A DNA stretch of 32,000 nt from Thermodesulfobacteriota bacterium. GTDB lineage: Bacteria; Desulfobacterota; WTBG01; JAGOGO01. The notes below the pieces were generated by a model. That model was not told where the DNA came from. It worked only from the letters and a program-made list of their open reading frames with translations, and searched no databases. Position 1 is the stretch's first letter. Every line of letters starts with the position of its first letter. The stretch lies in assembly GCA_026625185.1 (NCBI GenBank), contig CP113000.1, positions 1,365,622 through 1,397,621 of the forward strand, written 5' to 3'. The position numbers were made by a program, and so were the translations under genes. Positions 8,651 to 16,550 of this stretch are shown here, in pieces.

Positions 8651-8777
8651 TCACCCTCACCCTGACCCCCTCCCTCAAGGGAGAGGGAAGTTTCTTTTGT
8701 TTCTCTCCCTCAAGGGCGAGGGAAATTTTTTGTTGTTTCCTCTCCCCGCCGGGGAGAGGATTAAGGTGAGGGGGTCA
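8651..8777 (+). repeat. GC-rich cluster of three hairpins enclosed by an outer stem (four-way-junction topology)
   Basis: Hairpins: TCCCTC-AAGGGA-GAGGGA (8671-8688), TCCCTC-AAGGGC-GAGGGA (8706-8723) and CCTCTCCCC-GCC-GGGGAGAGG (8739-8759). The outer stem pairs TGACCCCC(TC) at 8663-8672 with (GA)GGGGGTCA at 8768-8777. Confidence 0.6.
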
Positions 8778-8890
8778 TAATGCAAAAAAGGAAAAGTTTG
8801 AAAGCAGATACCCCGGATTTCGCCTGCCTGGTAGCGGATTTCATCAGGGCTTTTGAACTAAACGCTATTGCCTCGCGGAGGGTTGAAACA

Positions 8891-9925
8891 ATGGGTCTAT
8901 CAACGAATGATATAAATTCCATAAATAAATGGGTTATCGAGACAGTGGAGAAAGGACGTGTTGGTGAATATTCATCTCTTGTTATTGAATCAAAAGATAA
9001 AGTTCATGTAACCTACTTTGATTATCTCTACGGTGATCTAAAACATGCAGAACGCGGGCCCGATGGCTGGATTATAGAAAGGGTGGATCGGGAAGGAACC
9101 GTTGGTCAATATATCTCTATGGCAAAGGATGAAGGAGGAAAGCTTTATATCAGCTATAGAGACCATTCAAGGGATCGATTGAAAATGGCTGTATTTGAAG
9201 GAAGTAGATGGAATTTTGAAGTAGTAGATACCGAGTCACTTTCTAGTCTTGATACATCGATCTTCGTTGATGCTCTCGGGAAGGTTTATATCAGCTACTA
9301 TAACTATAGCAAGGGTTATCTTAAACTAGCTACAAGGGATAAAGATAAATGGAAAATAGAAATAGTAGATAAGGGACAGAAGCAATCAGATACAGTTGGA
9401 GGATTTTCTTCTGTCAAAGTGGATTCACAAGGTCGTATTCACATCAGTTACATAGACACTTATAACTTTTTTTTAAAATATGCAGTAAAAGAAAATGATA
9501 CCTGGAATACCGAAGTTGCCGATGACTGTGAATTTGTGGGCAATTTTACCTCGCTTGCCCTTGATAAAGAGGGAAATCCCTACATAAGTTATACTGTGGA
9601 TAAGAGCCCAAATAAACCAGACCTCTGGCTTGCAAAGAAAGTTGGGGGCGCATGGATAAACGAACTCGTAGACACTGAGCTTATCGCTGGGAACTATAGT
9701 TCAATAGTAGTAGACCAGCATTCCAATATCTACATAAGTTATTCAGCAATGAGCAAACTCAAATTGGCAAAAAATATACAGGGTCTCTGGAGTTTTGAGA
9801 TCGTTGACTCTGACGGTACGATTACTTATACTTCTCTTTCCATAGATACAGACGGGATGCCGCATATTGCATACTATGACAAGGAAAGAGGTGTCAAATA
9901 TGCTCATAAGACATGCGCTGCCTAA
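8891..9925 (+). CDS. Seven-bladed beta-propeller repeat protein with no signal peptide
   Basis: Seven ~45-aa repeats follow the pattern W..E.VD....G.Y.S...D..G...ISY......LK.A (e.g. VHVTYFDY, LYISYRDH, VYISYYNY, IHISYIDT, PYISYTVD, IYISYSAM, PHIAYYDK). The track ORF starts at 8780, but codons 1-37 run through repeat-derived sequence (module at 8814-8834). ATG 8891 has GGAGGG 9 nt upstream. Confidence 0.8.
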   Translation: MGLSTNDINSINKWVIETVEKGRVGEYSSLVIESKDKVHVTYFDYLYGDLKHAERGPDGWIIERVDREGTVGQYISMAKDEGGKLYISYRDHSRDRLKMAVFEGSRWNFEVVDTESLSSLDTSIFVDALGKVYISYYNYSKGYLKLATRDKDKWKIEIVDKGQKQSDTVGGFSSVKVDSQGRIHISYIDTYNFFLKYAVKENDTWNTEVADDCEFVGNFTSLALDKEGNPYISYTVDKSPNKPDLWLAKKVGGAWINELVDTELIAGNYSSIVVDQHSNIYISYSAMSKLKLAKNIQGLWSFEIVDSDGTITYTSLSIDTDGMPHIAYYDKERGVKYAHKTCAA

Positions 9926-9961
9926 CAGGTGGTCGTTCGCTTTTGTTAAGTGGAAAGATTA

Positions 9962-10540
9962 TTAATCATTCCTATCTTTGTGCTTTCGCGCTTTCTTATA
10001 CAATTTAAAGAAATCGACATTAATGCTAACTACTTTCCAAAATCCGTCCGGGGTCTTTTCCATAGTGCATTGATAGCTATCTTTTTTTGAAACTTTCATC
10101 GTCACCTGGGCCTTATCGCCTTCCCGTTTGACGTGTGAGAGAAAAGCGGCAGCCAAGGGAGAAATCCGGTCCCTTTGTTCTATATTTTGGAATGCTCTGG
10201 TGAGTTGCTGCTCGAGCGCCGGTTTCAGAGATTGGGTAAGCTGAGCTACCATGTCGTTAAACCTTTTGTCTTTGGGGGAAGATTCTTCTTGCGCGGGTTC
10301 GTCCGAGTCGGAGTTCGGAGAAAATTTTTTTCTCACTTTTTTGATGGTTGAATCCAGCATACCTTCAACTACCTGGTCCATATCAATATAACTCAAGAAG
10401 GTTTGCGGATCATTGTTTTTTATCGCTTTGGCCATCCGGTAAAGAGAACATCGGGGCGTTCCCTGCCAGTAATAATAGCCTGCCCAACCTCCAAGGACTA
10501 ACCCCAAAATAATGCTGATAAAGAATACCCATTTTTTCAT
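9962..10540 (-). CDS. Membrane-anchored hypothetical protein (DUF2939-like)
   Basis: 192 aa with one N-terminal TM helix (WVFFISIILGLVLGGWAGYYYW). The TP..SLYRMAKAIKNNDPQTFLSYIDMDQV block resembles DUF2939. The assignment is from memory. Confidence 0.65.
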   Translation of the reverse strand: MKKWVFFISIILGLVLGGWAGYYYWQGTPRCSLYRMAKAIKNNDPQTFLSYIDMDQVVEGMLDSTIKKVRKKFSPNSDSDEPAQEESSPKDKRFNDMVAQLTQSLKPALEQQLTRAFQNIEQRDRISPLAAAFLSHVKREGDKAQVTMKVSKKDSYQCTMEKTPDGFWKVVSINVDFFKLYKKARKHKDRND

Positions 10541-10877
10541 AGAAAGGTTCCCTTCTGGTGTTTACTATTTTAGTGTCCAAAGTTCTTCAAGTTCTTCATG
10601 AAATACAATAGAATTTTTTTTTCGTCAAGACTTCCTTTCAAAATGTCTATCATGGTCTTTTCAGCATCATTTCACCCAAAAAACTTTCCTGGACATTTAA
10701 GGGTATTTAAAGGATAATTTAGAAAGGACCGGGGAAAGTTGATTGGGGAAAAGGGTTATCACCGAATTTCTTTACCAGTAATTCGGTATACCCAATCGAT
10801 ATCATTTTGATATTTCATCACTCGTGCAATTATAGATAAGATTCCTTGAAAAAACATTTCATTCGGAAAGGGGTACC

Positions 10878-11126
10878 ATGAAAAATAACGGAATGCCAAA
10901 TAAAGGTTTTTTCTATGCCGACTTGGAAGGAGCAGAGTTAAATATGAAGCCGCATTGCGCTTGCGGAAATCCGTTACCTGAAAATTATTATTGTGAAAAA
11001 TGCCAAAAGCAATGTCGGTGTACGGAAATAAGGTGTAAAGATAAGGCAGTCTTTGATTATGTGAATGGCATGATAACAGGCAACAAGCGTTTTCATAATT
11101 TTACCGCCGTTCTCGATAAAGAATAA
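10878..11126 (+). CDS. Small Cys-rich hypothetical protein (possible zinc ribbon)
   Basis: 82 aa with AAAGGGG upstream of the ATG. Seven Cys fall within 27 residues: CAC-x9-CEKC-x3-CRC-x4-C. I recognise no family. Confidence 0.45.
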   Translation: MKNNGMPNKGFFYADLEGAELNMKPHCACGNPLPENYYCEKCQKQCRCTEIRCKDKAVFDYVNGMITGNKRFHNFTAVLDKE

Positions 11127-11210
11127 TGGTAACAAAAGAATGATTGATGGAAGAAAAAAGATTTGGAGAAAAGAGGGCTGCTCAAACAAAAAATCCTCAT
11201 GAGCAATAGT

Positions 11211-12050
11211 CTATAGGCCGAAGAGTCGTCGAGCGTTTTCCCCCTTGATCTTCTTGAGTATATCTTCCGAAGCGATCGCCATTGCCATTTCTTTAAAATA
11301 CTTTCGCGGAGTAAGAAGAGGAAAATCACTTCCGAAAAGGATTCGCTCCTCTCCTACAATTTTTAAAGCCACCTCGAAGATCTGCTGATGATAAAGCAGC
11401 GGTGACGCTGCGGTATCGTAAAAAACATTTTTCGTTATCTTTTTTATCTCCGGCATAAGTTCAAAGAAAAAGAATCCTCCTCCCCAGTGGGCAAGAATTA
11501 TGGTCAGCGCCGGGTGAGAAGCAATAAAGTCTTGGAGTGCTTTAAGATCGATATCCACTTTTCCCGGATAGCTGTGCCCTACGGGTTCGTTTATATGAAG
11601 CAAAAGAGGGACCCCCTTTTGCTCAACCATTTTGACTAGGGTTTCCCCCTGCTGAAGGATAGTGTGATTTAAAGGCTGATGATAACAAGCCAATTCACCA
11701 ACGCCTTGAGCGCCCGATGCTATGCCACGTTCACATTCCTTAAGCACTTCCTCCGAACCACCCCAAGGAAGATTGATAAATCCAATAAAACGGTCGGGAA
11801 ACCTCATCATGCTCTCCAGCACATAGTCGTTGCCCTCCTTACAAAGCTCCACATCCTGCCAGGGAAATCCAAAAACCACCGCCCGGTAAATTTCCATACT
11901 GTCCAACATCGCAATTACTTCTTCTGCCCCTACCAGGTTTGCCTTCTCATTCTGATAGAGTACCCGAAAGCCATCATCCCGCGAGAGGAGGTCGCGGCGG
12001 TTGTGCTGCATCCTTGGTGGGAAAATATGAATATGAGCATCAATTAACAT
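11211..12050 (-). CDS. Metal-dependent amidohydrolase (TIM-barrel, Amidohydro_2-like)
   Basis: 279 aa with the N-terminal MLIDAHIHIFPP HxH motif, later HINEP and AHWGG blocks, and a C-terminal ..FGSDFPL.. aspartate block. Confidence 0.85.
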   Translation of the reverse strand: MLIDAHIHIFPPRMQHNRRDLLSRDDGFRVLYQNEKANLVGAEEVIAMLDSMEIYRAVVFGFPWQDVELCKEGNDYVLESMMRFPDRFIGFINLPWGGSEEVLKECERGIASGAQGVGELACYHQPLNHTILQQGETLVKMVEQKGVPLLLHINEPVGHSYPGKVDIDLKALQDFIASHPALTIILAHWGGGFFFFELMPEIKKITKNVFYDTAASPLLYHQQIFEVALKIVGEERILFGSDFPLLTPRKYFKEMAMAIASEDILKKIKGENARRLFGL

Positions 12051-12131
12051 TATCGCCTCTCAGGTAATAATAGAAGGCATCGCGCTTTTGGGAACAAACC
12101 CGGCATCATTAATAAGGCGGATCGTATTTTT

Positions 12132-12294
12132 TTAATCCATTTGGTTTACACAGCCGGACGTTGCCACCACATTCTTTTCGAGCATGGTAGAGACCAAATC
12201 ATTGGCACCAAAAAAAGGAGAGCTGGCCAAACATCATCGTGACAGGGGTACCGCCCCCTTGCTGTTGGCATAGATCCATGATATCAAGCCATTC
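12132..12294 (-). pseudogene. Decayed remnant of a radical-SAM MqnC/MqnE/CofH-family gene (internal deletion plus homopolymer frameshift)
   Basis: My minus-strand translation gives ...EWLDIMDLCQQQGGGTPVTMMFGQLSFF, then a -1 shift at the A7/T7 run (12210-12216), then GANDLVSTMLEKNVVATSGCVNQMD*. The blocks ..W......G..T.TMMFG and GAND..(G)T..E.NVV...G are conserved blocks of that family that normally lie far apart (~150 aa, from memory). Confidence 0.5.
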
Positions 12295-12379
12295 TGTATT
12301 ATTCAGAGACCAATGATTCTAAGAAATTCATTATTCAATCCTTTGCAGAGCGGGGGGCAGTGCTTTATTGGTTACCTAT

Positions 12380-13273
12380 CTACCCCATAAAGAGACCAAT
12401 GGCAACTAAAATTGGTGTTGATAGATTGATAATTACGTTCATGCCCATTGACGGAATCAGAGCGGGTATGTTTTCAGCATTTTGGCGTGTGCCTTGATAG
12501 GCACGCGCAGCCAAGAAAACGGTAAGAAGCGCAATTAAGCAGAAGGCAGGCAACAATGTAGATAATACGCCAGCGATGATTGAGAGATAAGCCAACCCCA
12601 GTAAGATCCCATAAAGTATGCTACTTGCCTTGCGTCCAAGGGCAATTGGAAAATGCTTACGCCCTACACTCTGGTCGGCTTCAAAATCACTGAATTGGTT
12701 AAGCAATAACAAGTCACTAACCAAGAAAGTGGGTACGAGAGAGGCTACAAAAGACGCCCAACTATAGGTGCCAGTCAGTACAAAGTTCGTCCCCATAACC
12801 ATCAAAATACCAAAACCCAACCCTGGCGCTATCAGACATAGAATTGGTTGGTAAACCCACCAGGTAGTATAGGTGACTAGCAGAAACAATCCGAGGATGC
12901 CAATTGGCAACAATTGCCAACCTTGCAACCAAACGAAGTATATGCCGATGGCAGTAGTAATCGCAAATGTCGTCCACGCAAGTAGGAGAGATGCCCTTTC
13001 CATTTCCGGGTGAGCAGGGAGAGTACCACTGCCGCCGCTAAATGGTGTGCGCTGGGTCCTAGTATCCAGCCCACTCTTGAAGTCAAAGTACTCGTTAAAT
13101 ACGTTGACGCTAATGTGAGCCGATAACGCACCAATAAGAACAAGCAAAATGTTTAGCCAATTTAATTCATGCGTTTGCCAATAGGCTGAACCGACACCAA
13201 CAGCGACACAGGCAGGCGTGAGCATCAAGAATGGTGCACGCATCAGTCCAAGTAGTGACTTCAGTATGTTCAT
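12380..13273 (-). CDS. UbiA-superfamily aromatic prenyltransferase (MenA-like motif)
   Basis: A polytopic membrane protein with NVFNEYFDFKSGLD (N..N.YFD....G.D) and a second Asp-rich region, NQFSDFEAD. The track start is TTG 13315. ATG 13273 (MNILKSLLGLMRAPF) is more likely. Confidence 0.85.
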   Translation of the reverse strand: MNILKSLLGLMRAPFLMLTPACVAVGVGSAYWQTHELNWLNILLVLIGALSAHISVNVFNEYFDFKSGLDTRTQRTPFSGGSGTLPAHPEMERASLLLAWTTFAITTAIGIYFVWLQGWQLLPIGILGLFLLVTYTTWWVYQPILCLIAPGLGFGILMVMGTNFVLTGTYSWASFVASLVPTFLVSDLLLLNQFSDFEADQSVGRKHFPIALGRKASSILYGILLGLAYLSIIAGVLSTLLPAFCLIALLTVFLAARAYQGTRQNAENIPALIPSMGMNVIINLSTPILVAIGLFMG

Positions 13274-13331
13274 GTGTACTGTTTCAGAAAATCCAGAAAA
13301 AAAAGCGTTAGTCAAGGGTAAGCCAAAACTC

Positions 13332-14561
13332 TCAGTCAGGATATTGTTTTTTGATAACGTGAATCATCTCTAAGCACGAAAAAAAGGCTTCCACAATTGC
13401 CGGATCAAATTGTTGACCCGACGAGCCCCGAATAAGGTCTATCACCCTTTCCTCGTCCCAAGATTTTTTATAGGAACGTAAAGAAGATAAGGCATCATAA
13501 ACATCAGCTAACGCTACCACTCTGCCAAACACAGGAATTTCTTCGCCCTTTTTAGGACGGGGCTTTCCCCCATCATCAAATCCCGGTAAGGGATTACCCG
13601 TTACCAGGTCCAAGAAGCCAGGATAACCTTTCCCATTCCAGTGTTCGTGGTGGTTTAAAACCACCTCAAATGCAGCTTCATCAAATGCAGTTTTCGGATT
13701 AGCGAATAGCCGGGCACCGAGAAAGGTATGTTGTTTTATTATTTCAAACTCTTCCTGGTTAAGACGAGCTGGCTTTTTTAAAATAAGGTCAGAAATGGCA
13801 ACTTTGCCAACATCATGAAGCATAGCGGCCAAGCGGAGTATGTCTTTTTTTTCATCTATTGTTTTTTGGGGAAGACCTTTTTGTTTCGCCCAGGCTTCAA
13901 AAATTTCTACTGAATAGCCGGCGACTCTATTAACATGGGCTCCTGTTTCCATCGGATCCCGAAGCTCAGCCATGCTGATCATTCGCAAAATAATCGCTCG
14001 AGTCATCTGCGCTCTCTCAATTGCTATGGTGGCCGTGTTAGCAAAATGAGACATCAAGGATTCATCTTCTTTGGAAAACGAGATAATGTTCCCCTTGTAA
14101 TTTTGCGCATTAATCATCTGTAAAACCCCGTCAATATCTCCTCGTGTGGTCTTGAGAGGAATTGTAAGCATTGACTTCGATCGGTAGTGGGAAACATTAT
14201 CAAAGTCCTTGCTGAAACCGTAGGGAAGACAGGGAGGGATTTCATAGACATCAGCTATATTAAGAATTTCACCGGTATTGGCAACGTATCCGGCAATCGA
14301 ATGGTTGTTTATCGGTAAGGCAAATGACGTATAGATAAGCTTTTTCCCTGAAGGAAGCTTTTTACTTAACGTTTCGTTTTGGGAGTGACTAAATCGTAAT
14401 TGGTCGCCTTCCCTGATATAAATTGACCCGGCATCAGCATTCACAAATGCCCGCGCTTTCGCGAGAATTTTTTCCAAGAGAAGGTCAAGGTCATTGATTT
14501 TCGTAACTTCACTACTGAGCCGAATAATTTCTTGAAGTTTTTCCTTCTCGTTAAACATCAT
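13332..14561 (-). CDS. GAF-domain / HD-GYP-domain protein (putative c-di-GMP phosphodiesterase)
   Basis: 409 aa with an N-terminal GAF-like region. HD is in LHDVGKVAI, and HHEHWNGKGYPG is the HD-GYP signature. Confidence 0.9.
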   Translation of the reverse strand: MMFNEKEKLQEIIRLSSEVTKINDLDLLLEKILAKARAFVNADAGSIYIREGDQLRFSHSQNETLSKKLPSGKKLIYTSFALPINNHSIAGYVANTGEILNIADVYEIPPCLPYGFSKDFDNVSHYRSKSMLTIPLKTTRGDIDGVLQMINAQNYKGNIISFSKEDESLMSHFANTATIAIERAQMTRAIILRMISMAELRDPMETGAHVNRVAGYSVEIFEAWAKQKGLPQKTIDEKKDILRLAAMLHDVGKVAISDLILKKPARLNQEEFEIIKQHTFLGARLFANPKTAFDEAAFEVVLNHHEHWNGKGYPGFLDLVTGNPLPGFDDGGKPRPKKGEEIPVFGRVVALADVYDALSSLRSYKKSWDEERVIDLIRGSSGQQFDPAIVEAFFSCLEMIHVIKKQYPD

Positions 14562-14582
14562 TGACTCTCGAATTTTTTATTA

Positions 14583-14784
14583 TTTAATACCCTGTCCGTT
14601 TGCGACGGGTGAGACGCCGCATTAAATAACCGCTCATGTCATTCCCGTGAAAACGGGAATCCAGAGGGTGGGTATCAGGAATTAATACAAAAAGCTCTTT
14701 GGCCGCTTTGCCGTACTTTCTGGATTCCGTATCAGGTGCGGAATGACGAAATTTAAAATCTTTAATCTCCGCTGCTTGCAGTGG
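14583..14784 (+). repeat. BIME-like composite of three REP-type hairpins, copy A
   Basis: Contains CCCTGTCCGTTTGCGACGGG, GTCATTCCCGTGAAAACGGGAATCCAG and GGATTCCGTATCAGGTGCGGAATGAC. It aligns along its whole length with the reverse complement of 19098-19303. The track ORF 14584..14880 (..FHGNDMSGY..) is repeat-derived junk. Confidence 0.8.
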
Positions 14785-14789
14785 ACAAT

Positions 14790-15242
14790 TTATTTTCCGG
14801 TATGTCCAAACCCCCCGGAATTTCGCGCGGTAACATCCAATGTTTCTTCTTCCTGAAAATCCGCCCGAAAAACCTTGCAAATGACCATCTGCGCCAGCCT
14901 CTCTCCTCGTTTGATCACAAAAGGCTTTTCTCCATGATTGATAAGGATAAGCCCAATTTCCCCCCGATAGTCAGCATCAATGGTCCCGGGTGCGTTAAGC
15001 AAGGTAATCCCATTATTAAGAGCCAAGCCGCTCCGGGGCCGGATCTGAGCTTCATAGCCCGGCGGGATAGAAAGCGCAATACCCGTAGAGACGAGTTTCC
15101 TTTCCCCTGGATTCAAAACTATATCCTTTGAAATCGACGCGAAGAGATCTAACCCTGATGACAGTTCAGTCATATACTGGGGAAGCGGGACTGTACCGTT
15201 TTGTGAATCAACCCGGCTGATTTTTATTTTCACCAAATCCAA
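14790..15242 (-). CDS. dut: dUTP diphosphatase
   Basis: 150 aa: SSGLDL, ...[19 protein letters not shown]..., [12 protein letters not shown] start with GAGGAAG 6 nt upstream. Confidence 0.92.
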   Translation of the reverse strand: MDLVKIKISRVDSQNGTVPLPQYMTELSSGLDLFASISKDIVLNPGERKLVSTGIALSIPPGYEAQIRPRSGLALNNGITLLNAPGTIDADYRGEIGLILINHGEKPFVIKRGERLAQMVICKVFRADFQEEETLDVTARNSGGFGHTGK

Positions 15243-15290
15243 CCTAATCTTCCTCGCAAAATTCCTTGGCGTTATGGAAAATACACTTTC

Positions 15291-16550
15291 TTAAAGGTCG
15301 AGAAGGGTAGCAATATTTTTCTCGTTGACCTTTCCCAAGGCGACCAGAGAAAAATACTTTTTCTGAAATAACTCCTGACTCAGGGACTGAACATCGTCAA
15401 CCGTAACGCGTTCTATTGCGGCCAGGACGTGTCTGAGCGGGATGTATTTTTTGAAATAAATTTCACCGGTCGCTAAACGGCTCATGCGAACATCCGTATT
15501 TTCCCAAAATAAAAGGATATTACCCTTGATCTGATCCTTGGCTTTTCTTAGCTCGTTTTTCCTTAACGGGTTTTTTTTGAGTTTTCGAAGCTCATTCATA
15601 ATGAGTTCAATCACTTTTTTTAGTTTATCGCGCGCCGTCCCGGCATAGATAGTCAATATCCCGGTGTCCTGGAAAGAAGCACTGTAAGAAAAGATAGCAT
15701 AAGCCAACCCTCGTTTTTCACGGATTTCCTGAAAAAGCCGGGAGCTCATGCTCCCACCCAAAATAGCATTGAGGATATATCCGGCATAGCGGGCAGGATG
15801 AGTGTGAGAAACACCCAAAGACCCCATGCACAGATGGACCTGCTCCAAGTCTTTATTAAAAATCTTGATGCCCGGAGCGGCTTCGGGAGGACTCCACATC
15901 CGCGCTTCCGCCTTTGGTTTTATTTTACCCAGGGTACGGTCAATCGCTTCAACGATCCGCTCATGATTTAACTTGCCGGCAACCGAGACGATAATCCGCC
16001 CGGGATTGAGGTAGTAGTTTTGGAAAAATTTTGCCAGTTTTGCTCTGTTTATCTTAGTAATGGTAGCATAATTTCCCAAAATGGGGCAACCAAGAGGATG
16101 TCCGGGAAAAAAGCACTGGCTAAAAAGGTCTTGAACATAATCATCCGGAGTATCCTCCACCATTTTAATTTCCTGAAAGATAACCCCACGCTCCCTTTTC
16201 ACCTCTTGAGAGGGAAAAAGGGAATTAAGAAAAATATCAGAAAGCAAATCTATGCCGAGATCAAAGTCTTTAGTAAGTACTTTGGCGAAAAAATTTGTAA
16301 ATTCACGACCGGTCGACGCATTGAGAATCCCGCCGACAGCATCTATTTCTTTTGCTATTTGCAGTGCACTCCGTTTTTTAGTCCCCTTAAAAAGCATGTG
16401 TTCAATAAAATGGGCGGTGCCATTCTCTTCCTTATTTTCATCGCGGGAGCCGGTCTTGACCCAAATTCCAATGGAAACAGATTGAACGTGGGGAATGTGC
16501 TCGGTAACAATTCGAATCCCGTTATTTAATACGGTCTTTCGGTACATCAC
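15291..16550 (-). CDS. M16-family zinc peptidase (pitrilysin/PqqL-like)
   Basis: 419 aa with the inverted zinc motif HFIEH (HxxEH) and a downstream E in LFKGT...REFTN. The start, GTG 16550 or ATG 16547, overlaps the pnp stop by about 26 nt. Confidence 0.9.
   Translation of the reverse strand: MMYRKTVLNNGIRIVTEHIPHVQSVSIGIWVKTGSRDENKEENGTAHFIEHMLFKGTKKRSALQIAKEIDAVGGILNASTGREFTNFFAKVLTKDFDLGIDLLSDIFLNSLFPSQEVKRERGVIFQEIKMVEDTPDDYVQDLFSQCFFPGHPLGCPILGNYATITKINRAKLAKFFQNYYLNPGRIIVSVAGKLNHERIVEAIDRTLGKIKPKAEARMWSPPEAAPGIKIFNKDLEQVHLCMGSLGVSHTHPARYAGYILNAILGGSMSSRLFQEIREKRGLAYAIFSYSASFQDTGILTIYAGTARDKLKKVIELIMNELRKLKKNPLRKNELRKAKDQIKGNILLFWENTDVRMSRLATGEIYFKKYIPLRHVLAAIERVTVDDVQSLSQELFQKKYFSLVALGKVNEKNIATLLDL

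Noticed and set aside
12380-13315. The UbiA-family gene as a horizontally acquired island, because it looked slightly more GC-rich.
   Set aside because: Hand counts gave about 41-46% GC against about 40% for pnp. That lies within the range expected for a membrane protein, and there are no flanking mobility signatures.
14584-14880. A 98-aa minus-strand ORF (..THPLDSRFHGNDMSGYLMRR..) overlapping the dut 3' end.
   Set aside because: It is the translation of REP/BIME hairpin sequence (the FHGND-type peptide is a classic repeat artefact) and overlaps the real dut frame.
16020-16529. A 169-aa plus-strand ORF antisense to the M16 peptidase gene. Similar long antisense ORFs occur at 27528..27989 (153 aa), 7064..7489 (141 aa), 11679..12047 (122 aa), 14781..15131 and several inside pnp.
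   Set aside because: Each lies fully inside a confidently identified gene on the other strand. The sequences are low-complexity or basic with no recognisable motifs and no SD. This is typical shadow-ORF behaviour.
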